Assembly (NCBI RefSeq): GCF_039768865.1
Contig: NZ_JBDMZQ010000025.1
Reading direction: 5' to 3' (one strand)
Source of the DNA: Wenyingzhuangia sp.
GTDB lineage: Bacteria; Bacteroidota; Bacteroidia; Flavobacteriales; Flavobacteriaceae
Length of the DNA stretch: 64,000 nt
Numbering within the stretch: the first letter of the stretch is position 1; every line of letters begins with the position of its first letter. The notes below the pieces were generated by a model, which saw nothing but the letters and a program-made list of their open reading frames with translations, was not told the DNA's origin and ran no database searches. The position numbers were made by a program, and so were the translations under genes. Shown one piece after another: positions 19,060-30,335 of the stretch.

Positions 19060-21153
19060 ATGAGTAAAGCTATTTATATTGCAGCATCACATTCGAATAG
19101 TGGAAAATCAATTGCAACCCTTGGGTTGATGAGGTTACTTTTAGGAAAAACAACCAAGGTTGGGTATTTAAAACCTATAATTACAGTAAATGAAAACAAG
19201 AAAGATTTTCATATTGAAACCATACTTTCCCATTTTGATTTAGATATAGATTATCAAGATGCTTTTGTATTAAAAAGCAAAGAGGTCATCGCCAAAAGGA
19301 ATCAAGGTAAAATAGGAGAAGTTATAGACACCATCATTAAGCAGTACAAAAAAATGGAGTCAATTTATGATTTTGTATTGGTAGAGGGTACTGATTTTGA
19401 GGGAGATACTACTTCAATGGAAGCTGAGCTTAATGTTCAAATTGCGAAAAACTTAGGGATTCCCGTAATAATAATTAGTAAGGCCTCTAAAGGTTCGGTT
19501 GACAATACTATAGAAAACACCAAATTGATTTATGACACATTTATTGATGGTGATGTTGAAGTTTTATCAATTCTGGTAAACAAAGTTCTTGAAGAAAATT
19601 TAACACAGATAAAAACTCGTCTTTCCGCCTTAGTATCAAAAACGGTCCTGACGAGCACGATTCCTTTTTCAAATAAATTGTCAAGTCCTACAGTAGCTGA
19701 AATTACAAGAGAGTTAAATGCAGAGTTGATGTTTGGCGCCTCTGGATTGAACAATCCAATTCACGCTTATGGGGTAGGAGCGATGCAGTTAAGAAATCAT
19801 CTCGAGCATTATGTAGACCATTATCTGGTCGTCACTCCAGGAGACAGAGCTGATATTATTTTAGGGGCATTACAAGCAAATATTTCTAAAAATTATCCAA
19901 AGGTAGCAGGAATAGTTTTAACAGGAGGGCTAAAACCAGAGGGGACCATTCTGAAATTAATAGATGGTTTGTCCGATGTTGTTCCTATTGTGTCTGTGAA
20001 TACGGGAACCTTTGAAACAGCAACCAATTTGGCGAATGTAAAAGCAAAGATATACCCAGAGAATACAGATAAAATATTGGAGACCTTAAGAATTTTTGAT
20101 AAATATGTACCTACTGAAGAACTAACAAATAAGCTTATTAATTTTGAAGTAAAAGGCATGACCCCTAAGATGTTTCAGTACAATATGATAGACAGAGCAC
20201 AGAAACAGAAAAAAAGAGTGGTGTTGCCCGAAGGGAGTGATATTAGAGTTCTCGAAGCTGCTGCAATGTTGGCCACTTTAGATATTGTGAGTCTAACTCT
20301 ACTGGGTGATATCGAAGAGATAAAGGCAAAAGCTAAAAAAACGGGTCTTGTGATTAATTTTGACAACATAAAAATTATTGATCCTGTCAAGTCTGTTTAT
20401 TTTGATGAATTTGTGAATACTTTTTATGCGCTCAGAAAACACAAAGGAGTCAATCTAGACACTGCAAGAGATATCATGACAGATGTGTCCTACTTTGGAA
20501 CCATGATGGTTCATAAAGGTATTGTAGATGGAATGGTTTCGGGTGCGGTCAATACCACGCAGCATACGATTAGGCCTGCCTTGCAGTTTGTCAAAACAAA
20601 ACCAGGTGTTTCTGTAGTATCCTCTATTTTCTTTATGTGTATGGATAGTAGAGTTGCTATTTTTGGTGATTGTGCCATCAACCCAGATCCTACTGCGGAG
20701 CAGTTGGCAGAAATCGCCATTTCATCTGCAGACTCTGCATCTAATTTCGGAATAGAACCTAGAATTGCGATGCTTTCTTATTCATCAGGCTCTTCAGGGA
20801 AAGGAGCTCAAGTAGATAAAGTTAGAATGGCTACAGAAATAGTAAAGAAGATACGTCCAGATTTGAAAATTGAAGGGCCCATTCAGTATGATGCAGCTGT
20901 AGATGCAGGAGTAGCAAAAAGTAAACTCCCAAATTCTCAAGTAGCCGGAAAAGCTTCTGTATTAGTGTTTCCTGACTTAAACACAGGAAATAATACTTAT
21001 AAAGCTATCCAAAGAGAAACTGGGGCTTTGGCTATTGGCCCAATGTTGCAGGGATTAAATAAACCCGTAAATGATTTGAGTAGAGGCTGCACTGTCGATG
21101 ACATTTTTAATACTGTAATTATAACTGCGATCCAAGCGCAAGAATTATCATAA
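19060..21153 (+). CDS. pta: Phosphate acetyltransferase (long form with BioD-like and DRTGG domains)
   Basis: SGKS, TPGDRAD, VLPEG, EGPIQYDAA, FPDLNTGN, PVNDLSRG. Confidence 0.97.
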   Translation: MSKAIYIAASHSNSGKSIATLGLMRLLLGKTTKVGYLKPIITVNENKKDFHIETILSHFDLDIDYQDAFVLKSKEVIAKRNQGKIGEVIDTIIKQYKKMESIYDFVLVEGTDFEGDTTSMEAELNVQIAKNLGIPVIIISKASKGSVDNTIENTKLIYDTFIDGDVEVLSILVNKVLEENLTQIKTRLSALVSKTVLTSTIPFSNKLSSPTVAEITRELNAELMFGASGLNNPIHAYGVGAMQLRNHLEHYVDHYLVVTPGDRADIILGALQANISKNYPKVAGIVLTGGLKPEGTILKLIDGLSDVVPIVSVNTGTFETATNLANVKAKIYPENTDKILETLRIFDKYVPTEELTNKLINFEVKGMTPKMFQYNMIDRAQKQKKRVVLPEGSDIRVLEAAAMLATLDIVSLTLLGDIEEIKAKAKKTGLVINFDNIKIIDPVKSVYFDEFVNTFYALRKHKGVNLDTARDIMTDVSYFGTMMVHKGIVDGMVSGAVNTTQHTIRPALQFVKTKPGVSVVSSIFFMCMDSRVAIFGDCAINPDPTAEQLAEIAISSADSASNFGIEPRIAMLSYSSGSSGKGAQVDKVRMATEIVKKIRPDLKIEGPIQYDAAVDAGVAKSKLPNSQVAGKASVLVFPDLNTGNNTYKAIQRETGALAIGPMLQGLNKPVNDLSRGCTVDDIFNTVIITAIQAQELS

Positions 21154-21155
21154 CT

Positions 21156-22340
21156 ATGAAGATATTAATTATCAATTCAGGAAGTTCATCTTTAAAATAT
21201 AAAGTCATTGAAATGCCTTCAGAACGTTTAGTTTGTAGAGGTATAATTGAGCGTATAGGTCAAGAAAATTCTGTGTTTGAATATATACCGACCGAGGGAG
21301 AAAAGGTTCAGACAACATTACCAATTCTAGACCATAAGCAAGGTTTGTCTAAATTGGTTTCCTGTTTGTTGGATCAAGAAATTGGAATCTTAAAAGAAGC
21401 AAGTGATCTCAAAATGATTGGTCATAGAATAGTTCACGGAGGTAGTACATTTTCTAAAACTCGAATCATAACTCCTGAAGTGAAAATTAAAATAAAAGAA
21501 TTGTTTTCATTAGCCCCTTTACACAATCCCGCTAATTTATTAGGTGTTGAGGTTTGTGAAGAATTATTCCCTGAGGCACAACAAATAGCTGTTTTTGATA
21601 CTGCATTTCATCAAACAATACCCTCAATGGCCTATAAGTATGCATTGCCAAAAGAGCTAACTAATGAAAATAAGATTCGTCTCTATGGCTTCCATGGGAC
21701 CAGTCATAAATATGTTTCAGAAAAAGCCATTGCTTTTTTGGGGGCCACACAAAGTAAAGTGATTGTTCTTCACATAGGAAATGGCGCCTCAGTTTCTGCC
21801 GTCCAAAACGGAAAATGTATAGACCATTCTATGGGTTTCTCACCTACAGCAGGGCTGCCTATGGGAACACGTACAGGGGACATAGATCCTTCAGTTATAT
21901 TGCATTTGATAGATAATTTAGGGTATACGACTAGTGAAGTTAGTCACATGTTAAACAAGCAAAGTGGTATGCTAGGAATGACAGGGTTTTCAGACTTTAG
22001 AGATTTAGTCAGTCAATCAGAGCAAGGAAATGAAGAATGTAAAGAGGCTTTGTCTTTATATGCTTATCGAATAAAGAAATATATAGGAGCCTATACAGCT
22101 GTGATGAATGGATTAGATGCAATTGTTTTTACCGCTGGAGCCGGGGAGAACTGTAAAGAGATAAGAGCTTTGGCTTGTGAGGGTCTTGACTATATTGGAG
22201 TTGATTTAGATGAGAAGCTAAATGATGTTAAACCAAAAGAATTAACCGAACTCCAAACTAAAACTTCAAAAGTTAAAATATTAATCATACCAACAAATGA
22301 AGAGTTAGAAATTGCAAAGCAGGCATTTGAATTGATTTAG
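21156..22340 (+). CDS. ackA: Acetate kinase
   Basis: INSGSSSLK, GHRIVHGG, LAPLHNP, YGFHGTSH, PTNEE. Confidence 0.98.
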   Translation: MKILIINSGSSSLKYKVIEMPSERLVCRGIIERIGQENSVFEYIPTEGEKVQTTLPILDHKQGLSKLVSCLLDQEIGILKEASDLKMIGHRIVHGGSTFSKTRIITPEVKIKIKELFSLAPLHNPANLLGVEVCEELFPEAQQIAVFDTAFHQTIPSMAYKYALPKELTNENKIRLYGFHGTSHKYVSEKAIAFLGATQSKVIVLHIGNGASVSAVQNGKCIDHSMGFSPTAGLPMGTRTGDIDPSVILHLIDNLGYTTSEVSHMLNKQSGMLGMTGFSDFRDLVSQSEQGNEECKEALSLYAYRIKKYIGAYTAVMNGLDAIVFTAGAGENCKEIRALACEGLDYIGVDLDEKLNDVKPKELTELQTKTSKVKILIIPTNEELEIAKQAFELI

Positions 22341-22354
22341 AAAACATTAAAAAT

Positions 22355-22385
22355 AAAACCCTCTAACCAAAAAGTTAGAGGGTTT
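22355..22385. terminator. Bidirectional terminator ackA/rplT
   Basis: AAAACCCTCTAAC-CAAAAA-GTTAGAGGGTTT. Confidence 0.8.
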
Positions 22386-22411
22386 AAATATAAGCAAGAT
22401 GTTGTTTTAAA

Positions 22412-22756
22412 TTATTTTACTTTTTCGACGATGGCCTTAAAAGCTTCTGGGTTGTTCATTGCTAAGTCGGCTAAAACCTTACGGTTCAATTCGATGTTGT
22501 TAGCTTTTACTTTTCCCATAAACTGAGAATAAGACAATCCATGAATGCGAGCACCCGCATTGATACGTGTGATCCACAATCCGCGGAAAGTTCTTTTCTT
22601 GTTTTTTCTGTCACGGTAAGAGTAAGACATCGCTTTCTCAACCGCATTTTTTGCTACTGTGTAAACGTTTTTACGTCTTCCAAAATAACCTTTTGCTTGC
22701 TTCAAGATTTTTTTTCTTCTATTTCTTGAAGCTACTGAATTTACTGATCTAGGCAT
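22412..22756 (-). CDS. rplT: 50S ribosomal protein L20
   Basis: [31 protein letters not shown]. Confidence 0.99.
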   Translation of the reverse strand: MPRSVNSVASRNRRKKILKQAKGYFGRRKNVYTVAKNAVEKAMSYSYRDRKNKKRTFRGLWITRINAGARIHGLSYSQFMGKVKANNIELNRKVLADLAMNNPEAFKAIVEKVK

Positions 22757-22856
22757 AATTTCAATGTTTTTTTGTAGTGAGGCGGTAACATTAATGTTAC
22801 GCTTTTAAGTGGCCCACTCCATGGTTAATAATTTAATATTCCCGATTAGACTTAAA

Positions 22857-23054
22857 TTACTTTAAGTTTAATTGATTTTTGATGTTTGCTTCATCACTCT
22901 TGTGAACCAACCCATCGTGGGTTAATTTCAATTTACGCTTTTTAGACTTCTTTGTTAAGATGTGACTTTTAAATGCGTGCTTTCTTTTTAATTTTCCAGT
23001 TCCAGTTACTTTGAATCTCTTCTTAGCACTTGATTTAGTTTTTAATTTAGGCAT
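22857..23054 (-). CDS. rpmI: 50S ribosomal protein L35
   Basis: [21 protein letters not shown]...HILTKK. Confidence 0.99.
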   Translation of the reverse strand: MPKLKTKSSAKKRFKVTGTGKLKRKHAFKSHILTKKSKKRKLKLTHDGLVHKSDEANIKNQLNLK

Positions 23055-23155
23055 CTCTCTTTAAGTTTATTATTCTTGCTTATTTTGTGTTGGTTGTTAA
23101 AACAAAGACCATCAGGGTTTAAATTTTGATGATTTTTTAGCTTAACAACACTTAT

Positions 23156-23716
23156 TTATTTTTTGACTTTGGGAGCAATAAACATAATCATACGTTTACC
23201 TTCTAACTTTGGCATCTGTTCTACCTTTCCGTATTCTTCTAGTTCTTGAGCTAATTTTAATAACAAAATTTGGCCTTGATCCTTGAAAATAATAGAACGT
23301 CCTTTGAAGAATACGTAAGCTTTAAGTTTTGCACCATCTTGTAAAAATTTGATAGCGTGTTTCTTTTTAAACTCGTAATCATGTTCATCTGTTTGAGGTC
23401 CAAAACGGATTTCCTTTACAGTAACTTTAGAAGCTTTCGCCTTCATTACTTTTTCTCGTTTCTTTTGCTCGTACAGAAACTTTTTGTAATCTATAACTTT
23501 ACAAACAGGAGGAACCGCTTTTGGAGAGATTTCAACTAAATCTAACTCTTGTTCTCTGGCTATCTGTTTTGCTTTGGATATAGGATATACACCGATTTCG
23601 ATGTTTTCACCTACCAAGCGTACTTCATCCACATAACGAATATGTTCGTTTATTCTGTGTGGATTTTCTTTGATAATTCTCGCAGGTCCCTTAGACCTTC
23701 TTCTTTTAATTGCTAT
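23156..23716 (-). CDS. infC: Translation initiation factor IF-3 with non-canonical ATA start
   Basis: Frame is open upstream of the track's GTG, giving (ATA)[26 protein letters not shown] with the conserved INxxIR motif; an in-frame TGA lies 7 codons further up. Confidence 0.93.
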   Translation of the reverse strand: MAIKRRRSKGPARIIKENPHRINEHIRYVDEVRLVGENIEIGVYPISKAKQIAREQELDLVEISPKAVPPVCKVIDYKKFLYEQKKREKVMKAKASKVTVKEIRFGPQTDEHDYEFKKKHAIKFLQDGAKLKAYVFFKGRSIIFKDQGQILLLKLAQELEEYGKVEQMPKLEGKRMIMFIAPKVKK

Positions 23717-23759
23717 GACTCTATCTGTTTGTTCTCATATTGCTATGAGATGTTAATCT

Positions 23760-25706
23760 CTATTTGAATGGTACTATGGTATTTTCTATTTCGTTAGCTA
23801 CATGTTTTATGAAGTTGTCTACTGAGTATGTCCCTAAGTCTCCTTCTCCATGTTTTCTAACAGATACGCTTTCTTCGCCTTCTTCTTTTTCTCCTACAAT
23901 GATCATGTAGGGAATCTTACTCACTTCAGCATCTCTAATTTTTCGACCTGTCTTTTCGTTTCTGTCGTCAATGAGCGTGCGAATTTCGGAATTTTCTAGC
24001 AATTCTGAAACTTTTTCAGCATATTTCTGATATTTCTCACTGATCGGTAGGATGATAACTTGCTCCGGCATTAACCAAAGTGGAAAATTACCTCCAGTGT
24101 GCTCTAATAATACTGCTATAAAGCGTTCCATGGAACCAAAAGGTGCACGGTGAATCATTATAGGTCTGTGTTGAGCATTATCAGAACCTTTATAGGTCAA
24201 ATCAAATCTTTCAGGTAAGTTATAGTCCACCTGAATCGTTCCAAGTTGCCAACTTCTTCCAAGTGCATCTTTGACCATAAAATCAAGTTTTGGTCCATAA
24301 AAAGCTGCTTCACCTGTTTCAACAACATAGTTTAGTCCTTTTTCTCTCGCGGCATTGATTATTGCATTTTCTGCTTTGTTCCAGTTTTCATCAGAACCTA
24401 TATATTTTGTTGGATTTTCAGGGTCTCTGAGAGATACTTGTGCGGTAAAGTCTTCAAAACCTAGAGAACCAAAAACATACAATACCAAATCAATTACTTC
24501 TTTAAATTCTTGATCTAGTTGATCAGGTGTACAGAAAATATGTGCGTCATCTTGAGTAAAACATCTAACACGAGTCATTCCATGAAGCTCTCCGCTTTGT
24601 TCATATCTGTAAACAGTACCAAATTCAGCATAACGTTTAGGGAGTTCTTTATATGACCATGGTTTGTAATTATAAACTTCACAATGATGTGGACAGTTCA
24701 TGGGTTTCAATAAAAATTCTTCGTCCATTTTTGGAGTTTTGATAGGTTGAAAACTATCTTCTCCATATTTTTCGTAATGACCTGAAGTTACATACAACTC
24801 TTTTTGACCGATATGTGGCGTCATAACCATTTCATATCCCGCTTTTTTTTGTGCTTTTTTTAAGAAATCCTCTAGCCTACTTCTTAATGCTGCTCCCTTC
24901 GGAAGCCATAACGGCAGTCCTTGTCCTACTTTTTGAGAAAAAGTAAACAGTTCTAGTTCTTTACCCAATTTTCGATGGTCTCGTTGTTTGGCTAGCTCTA
25001 ATAATTCTAAATATTCAGTTAGCAGTTTTGCTTTGGGAAAAGTTATTCCGTAAATGCGCGTCAATTGTGGTTTTTTTTCATCACCTCTCCAATATGCACC
25101 TGCTGCACTCATAACCTTTACGGCTTTTAAAATTCCAGTATTTGGAACGTGTCCTCCACGACATAAGTCTGTAAAGTCGTCATGATCACAGAAAGTAATT
25201 TCACCATCAGTTAGGTTTTCAATCAACTCAACTTTGAAAGGGTTGTTTTCTTTTTTATATTTTTCTAGAGCATCTGCTTTAGAAACTTCACGCAATATAA
25301 ATTCATGTTTTCCTCTGGCTAATTCTAAGAATTTTTGCTCGATTTTTGTAAAATCGTTTTCTGAAATTTTGTGGTTTCCAAAGTCAATGTCGTAATAAAA
25401 ACCATTTTCTATCGCAGGACCAATCGTTAATTTTACTCCAGGATATAATTTTTGTATTGCTTGAGCCAAAACGTGCGCAGAAGAGTGCCAAAAAGCTTTT
25501 TTCCCTTCTGGTTGATCAAATGTAAATAAGGTCAGGTTACCGTCAGTTGTTAAGGGGGTTTTGGTTTCAACGGTATCGCCATTAAAGCTTGCTGAAATTA
25601 CATTTCTAGCCAAACCATGGCTAATGCTCATGGCTACATCCATTGGGGTACTGTTTTTATCGTACGCTCTTATACTTCCATCGGGTAAAGTAATGTTGAT
25701 CATCAT
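23760..25706 (-). CDS. thrS: Threonine--tRNA ligase
   Basis: ITLPDG TGS domain, [25 protein letters not shown]; start at 25706 or 25703. Confidence 0.99.
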   Translation of the reverse strand: MMINITLPDGSIRAYDKNSTPMDVAMSISHGLARNVISASFNGDTVETKTPLTTDGNLTLFTFDQPEGKKAFWHSSAHVLAQAIQKLYPGVKLTIGPAIENGFYYDIDFGNHKISENDFTKIEQKFLELARGKHEFILREVSKADALEKYKKENNPFKVELIENLTDGEITFCDHDDFTDLCRGGHVPNTGILKAVKVMSAAGAYWRGDEKKPQLTRIYGITFPKAKLLTEYLELLELAKQRDHRKLGKELELFTFSQKVGQGLPLWLPKGAALRSRLEDFLKKAQKKAGYEMVMTPHIGQKELYVTSGHYEKYGEDSFQPIKTPKMDEEFLLKPMNCPHHCEVYNYKPWSYKELPKRYAEFGTVYRYEQSGELHGMTRVRCFTQDDAHIFCTPDQLDQEFKEVIDLVLYVFGSLGFEDFTAQVSLRDPENPTKYIGSDENWNKAENAIINAAREKGLNYVVETGEAAFYGPKLDFMVKDALGRSWQLGTIQVDYNLPERFDLTYKGSDNAQHRPIMIHRAPFGSMERFIAVLLEHTGGNFPLWLMPEQVIILPISEKYQKYAEKVSELLENSEIRTLIDDRNEKTGRKIRDAEVSKIPYMIIVGEKEEGEESVSVRKHGEGDLGTYSVDNFIKHVANEIENTIVPFK

Positions 25707-25893
25707 ATGTTTTTTTGCATCGCAAAGATAGGGGTTTAATTGAAAGATAAAAACATTCAATTTTAAAGTTTTAGCCCCCTTTTTTTGAAGGTTTATCTTT
25801 GTTAAATTCTTTAATAAACAAATTAGTTAAAAATGTGTGATATTCTTTGACTTCTAAATTTTTAAATCTTTGAAGAAAAAGTTACTTTTGCGC

Positions 25894-27426
25894 ATGCAAC
25901 AAAAAGTACTTATACTAGATTTCGGGTCTCAAGTAACGCAGCTGATAGCTCGTCGAGTGAGAGAATTAAACATTTATTGTGAAATTCACCCATACAACAG
26001 TGAAAAATTTAATTTTGCTGATTACAAAGCAGTCATTTTATCGGGTTCTCCACACTCCGTAAGGGGAGAGGAAGCCCCTTCTATAGACTTGTCAGAGGTA
26101 AAAGGCAAGAAACCATTACTTGGTATTTGCTACGGAGCACAATACTTAGCTCACTTTTTTGGAGGAGAGGTAGGTGCGTCAAACACTAGAGAGTATGGAA
26201 GGGCTAATTTATCTTTTGTAGATCAGAAGTCTCCTTTGTTTCAAGGTATAGATATAGGGAGTCAAGTTTGGATGAGTCATTCAGATACGATTTTAAATTT
26301 ACCAAAAAACTACAAATGCATTGCGAGTACTCATGATGTTGAAAATGCAGCATACTGTATAGAAAATGAAGATACTTTTGCCATACAATTCCACCCAGAA
26401 GTTTATCATTCAAAGGATGGAACACAAATATTGAAAAACTTTTTAGTTGATGTAGCAGAGGTGTCACAAGATTGGACACCAGATAATTTTGTTGATGCAA
26501 CAGTAGCTGAAATCAAAGAGAAAGTCGGTAATGACAAAGTCGTATTGGGGCTTTCTGGGGGTGTAGATTCTACTGTAGCTGCTGTTTTATTAAATAAGGC
26601 AATAGGTAAAAATCTATATTGCGTTTTTGTAAACAACGGTTTACTTCGTAAAAATGAATTTGAAGGTGTATTAAAGCAATACGAAGGTATGGGCTTAAAT
26701 GTGAAAGGAGTAGATGCCACAGATCGGTTCATGACCGCTTTAGCCGGTTTGTCTGATCCTGAAGCGAAACGTAAGGCCATAGGGAAAGCATTTATAGAAG
26801 TTTTTGATGTAGAAGCTACAGCTATTGAAGATGTAAAATGGTTGGCACAAGGGACGATTTATCCGGATGTAATTGAATCCGTTTCGGCAGACGGGGGACC
26901 CTCTGCAACCATAAAATCTCATCACAATGTTGGGGGATTACCAGACTTTATGAAACTAAAAATTGTAGAGCCTTTGCGTATGATTTTTAAAGATGAAGTT
27001 CGTAGAGCAGGGAAATCTATGGGGATAGACCCAGAGTTGTTGGGACGCCATCCTTTTCCTGGGCCTGGTTTAGCCATTAGAATCTTAGGTGATATAACTG
27101 CTGAAAAAGTAGCTATGTTACAGGAGGTTGATGCTATTTTCATCAATGGCTTGAAGGAACATGGGTTGTATAATTCTGTTTGGCAAGCTGGAGCTATTCT
27201 ACTTCCTGTACAATCAGTTGGGGTAATGGGAGACGAAAGAACTTACGAAAAAGCAGTCGCATTACGTGCTGTTGAGTCAACCGATGGAATGACTGCTGAT
27301 TGGGTAGATTTACCTTATGAATTTTTACAGGATATCTCGAATAAAATCATCAATCATGTCAAAGGTGTCAACAGAGTTGTTTATGATATTAGCTCTAAAC
27401 CACCAGCAACGATTGAATGGGAGTAG
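25894..27426 (+). CDS. guaA: GMP synthase (glutamine-hydrolysing)
   Basis: [34 protein letters not shown]. Confidence 0.99.
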   Translation: MQQKVLILDFGSQVTQLIARRVRELNIYCEIHPYNSEKFNFADYKAVILSGSPHSVRGEEAPSIDLSEVKGKKPLLGICYGAQYLAHFFGGEVGASNTREYGRANLSFVDQKSPLFQGIDIGSQVWMSHSDTILNLPKNYKCIASTHDVENAAYCIENEDTFAIQFHPEVYHSKDGTQILKNFLVDVAEVSQDWTPDNFVDATVAEIKEKVGNDKVVLGLSGGVDSTVAAVLLNKAIGKNLYCVFVNNGLLRKNEFEGVLKQYEGMGLNVKGVDATDRFMTALAGLSDPEAKRKAIGKAFIEVFDVEATAIEDVKWLAQGTIYPDVIESVSADGGPSATIKSHHNVGGLPDFMKLKIVEPLRMIFKDEVRRAGKSMGIDPELLGRHPFPGPGLAIRILGDITAEKVAMLQEVDAIFINGLKEHGLYNSVWQAGAILLPVQSVGVMGDERTYEKAVALRAVESTDGMTADWVDLPYEFLQDISNKIINHVKGVNRVVYDISSKPPATIEWE

Positions 27427-27488
27427 TCGTTTGAGCCTCGTTGTAAAATATTTGATTTTTCTAGATATTAATTTTAACTTCACAAAAT

Positions 27489-28109
27489 ATGAAAGCTACA
27501 AAAAAACAAAGTTTCCGATTGTTTGTCTTTTTATTGTTTTTCTTTTCTTTTTCTTCTTTTTCTCAAGAGGTTAGCTCAGAGTCAATAGCAAGTGAAAAAG
27601 CAAAAGAAATGAAAGTTTTGATGACCATTGCTAGATCAAATAATATTGATTACGATGATTTGTTAGGGGCGAATCTAAATACTTCAAAATGGCTGCAAGA
27701 AAATACGATTGATAGTTCGTTTGTAAGTGATTTGAATCAAGATGTACCTTTGGAGAAAAAAATGACGGTTTCTATCAATAGTAAAAAAGAATCCAAAACT
27801 CATTTAGTCAAAAAGAATGAGACTTTATATGCTTTATCAAAATTTTATAAGGTTGATATAAAATCAATAATAGAGGCAAACCCCGCACTATCAAAAAAAG
27901 TATTGCGAGAAGGTTATCTTTTAAAAATACCTAACAAAAGAAAGTCTAACGCTTTGTTATTGACTTACAATCATAAAGTCAAGGCCAAGGAAACTTGGTA
28001 TGGTTTGTCTAAAAAATACAAAGTAACAATTGATCGCTTGAGAGCGCTAAATCCAAAAATCGCGAAACGTGGATTAAGAACGGGCGATGTTTTGGTTCTT
28101 AAAAATTAA
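27489..28109 (+). CDS. Secreted LysM-domain protein
   Basis: Signal peptide; two LysM repeats (HLVKKNETLYALSK, HKVKAKETWYGLSK). Confidence 0.88.
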   Translation: MKATKKQSFRLFVFLLFFFSFSSFSQEVSSESIASEKAKEMKVLMTIARSNNIDYDDLLGANLNTSKWLQENTIDSSFVSDLNQDVPLEKKMTVSINSKKESKTHLVKKNETLYALSKFYKVDIKSIIEANPALSKKVLREGYLLKIPNKRKSNALLLTYNHKVKAKETWYGLSKKYKVTIDRLRALNPKIAKRGLRTGDVLVLKN

Positions 28110-28172
28110 AATAAATAAAAAATCAGATGACCTTTCTTTAGATTTGATTGAAGGTAATATTTTAAGTGATAT

Positions 28173-30335
28173 ATGTTGAATAATTTTCTTTTGTTTGGTT
28201 TGAGGTTTTGTATGATTTGTTTGTTTTTGAATGTTTCATTTTCAAACGCACAACACATAAAAGAATACAAAACAGAAGATGGAGAATCACTTCGTGATGT
28301 TGCTAAAAAGTTAGATGTCAATTACAGAGCTTTGTTAAAAGCAAATCCAAAACTTTCCAGATGGCCAAAAGAAAACACTGTCGTCAAAATTCCAGATTAT
28401 CTTTACGAGTTAAAGTATAGAAGAAAAAGGAGTAAAGACCCTTTGAAGGATCGTAAATCTGATTTGGTTAAGCCTACACAAGATTCTCTACAAATCCATA
28501 TCGTAAAACCTAAAGAGACCATTTATGGTTTGTCTAGGCAATACGGTATATCCATGATTGATCTGATCAATAAAAATAAGGTTTTATCTGTCGAAGGTTT
28601 GATCATCGGTCAGGAATTAAATATTCCTTACCAGAAGAAACTAGGACAAGAAACTCCAAGTGACAGTCATATCGTTCAAACGATGGAAACTTGGTATAGT
28701 CTCTCTAAGCTATACGGTGTAACGATTGAAAACTTAAAAGCTACCAACTTAGAAGTAAGCTTGGGAGGCTTGAAAATAGGATCCACGATAGAAATTCCAA
28801 AGAATAAGAAAATTTCGTTAAAATCACCAGAAGAAAATACACATGTGATTGCAAAAGGTGAAACATTGTACAGTGTTTCTAGGTTTTATGGTATTAATGT
28901 AGATGAATTATTAGCAGTAAATGATACTGTTGTTGTAGATAGTTTAATGATTGGGACGGTCTTAAGTCTACCAAAAAAAGTTATCGAAAGTGTTACTGTA
29001 AGTACTGTAATGCCTGTCTATAAAAGCGCTCCAGTATTTTATGATTTTAAGAGTGATGTTGATTCATTAGATGTCATCTTAAAAGAATATAAAGTTTCTA
29101 AGGACTCTATCCGATCCTTAAATCCATCTATAGATAGTCTGATGACAAATGGAGGGAAAATTTTGATGGGTTTTAAAAAGTCACATCAGTTGTTTGGGAA
29201 TCGTCAGTGGTTCAAGGATTCTATTATTATAGATAAGCCTATCAGTGCCATGATCATGCTTCCTTTCGATTTAAAAAAGAATGACACTCTTAGTAAGGAA
29301 ATATTATTTGCCAATAATTCTAGTCTACCCTCAATTGTTTCAGACTTTTACATGGGAGCAGAAATTGCAATTGATTCCTTAAAGAAACAAGGAGTTCAGC
29401 TGAATATCAATGTTTTTGATACTGAAAAATCAATAGATTCTATCAATAAAAACATCACGAAATTAAAGACATCTAAACCTGATGTTATCATTGGACCATT
29501 GTATAGTTCGAATGCTATTTATGTGGCTACACAATTTCCAAAGATTCCTGTATACTATCCTATTTATTCCAAAAAGCAATCGAGTTTTTTGAATGATAAT
29601 ATAATCAAAACAGCTTCAGATCAAGCACTATTTAAAAGAGAGATTTTAGCTTTTGTCAAAGAAAATAGGAAAGGAGAACATTTGTTGATTGTTGGTTTAG
29701 AAAAAAACAATTTACGATTAGAAAATCTAAAAAGACAATTGTGTAAAAAAGATACTTTGGGCAATCCTTTTGTAAATGATGTTTCTTTAATCACTTTATC
29801 AAATGGTTACATTGCTAAAGAAGCTTTCTTAGAAAAAATTAAGTTGGATAAGCCCAATTGGATTCTAATCGCCGATAACAATAATGTTGCTGTTTCTGAT
29901 GTGTTTAATAACGTTTTAAACTTACCGAAGGAAAATCAAAACACAACTCCCATAAGGATTTTATCGTTTGAAAAGTCAAGCTACATTCAGAAGTTGCCAT
30001 ATGAGGTGCTTTGTAGGTATCATTACACTTATGCGACAGACAAGGTAGAATATAGACAACTTATGAATAAAGATTTTGAACAGTCTTATTTAAGAAAGAA
30101 TTATCAATATCCAAGTCATCATGCTGAACGTGGTTTTGATGTAACTTATGATGCGATATTACGTGTTTTAAAAAGTAAAAATGGAGGTAAAGATGTGTTT
30201 GCTCCTTCACACAGGGTTAAAACAGCTTTTATTTATAAAAAAGCAGAGAAGCCAGTTCAAGTGAATCAAGCTGTTTTTGTAAATACTGTTGAAGATAGAA
30301 AAGGTGAAGGGTTTAAAATAATCAGGTTAAGATAG
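28173..30335 (+). CDS. Multi-LysM protein with C-terminal periplasmic-binding-protein type 1-like domain
   Basis: Four clear LysM repeats plus a degenerate fifth; MLPF, DFYMGAEIAIDSL, IIGPL, RGFDVTYD; usual position after guaA. Confidence 0.85.
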   Translation: MLNNFLLFGLRFCMICLFLNVSFSNAQHIKEYKTEDGESLRDVAKKLDVNYRALLKANPKLSRWPKENTVVKIPDYLYELKYRRKRSKDPLKDRKSDLVKPTQDSLQIHIVKPKETIYGLSRQYGISMIDLINKNKVLSVEGLIIGQELNIPYQKKLGQETPSDSHIVQTMETWYSLSKLYGVTIENLKATNLEVSLGGLKIGSTIEIPKNKKISLKSPEENTHVIAKGETLYSVSRFYGINVDELLAVNDTVVVDSLMIGTVLSLPKKVIESVTVSTVMPVYKSAPVFYDFKSDVDSLDVILKEYKVSKDSIRSLNPSIDSLMTNGGKILMGFKKSHQLFGNRQWFKDSIIIDKPISAMIMLPFDLKKNDTLSKEILFANNSSLPSIVSDFYMGAEIAIDSLKKQGVQLNINVFDTEKSIDSINKNITKLKTSKPDVIIGPLYSSNAIYVATQFPKIPVYYPIYSKKQSSFLNDNIIKTASDQALFKREILAFVKENRKGEHLLIVGLEKNNLRLENLKRQLCKKDTLGNPFVNDVSLITLSNGYIAKEAFLEKIKLDKPNWILIADNNNVAVSDVFNNVLNLPKENQNTTPIRILSFEKSSYIQKLPYEVLCRYHYTYATDKVEYRQLMNKDFEQSYLRKNYQYPSHHAERGFDVTYDAILRVLKSKNGGKDVFAPSHRVKTAFIYKKAEKPVQVNQAVFVNTVEDRKGEGFKIIRLR

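Noticed and set aside
22785-22800. GTAAC...GTTAC palindrome as a third Crp/Fnr operator
   Set aside because: Spacer is 6 nt rather than 4, there is no -7 box at the 22-nt offset, and it lies inside a ribosomal operon; better read as an RNA hairpin
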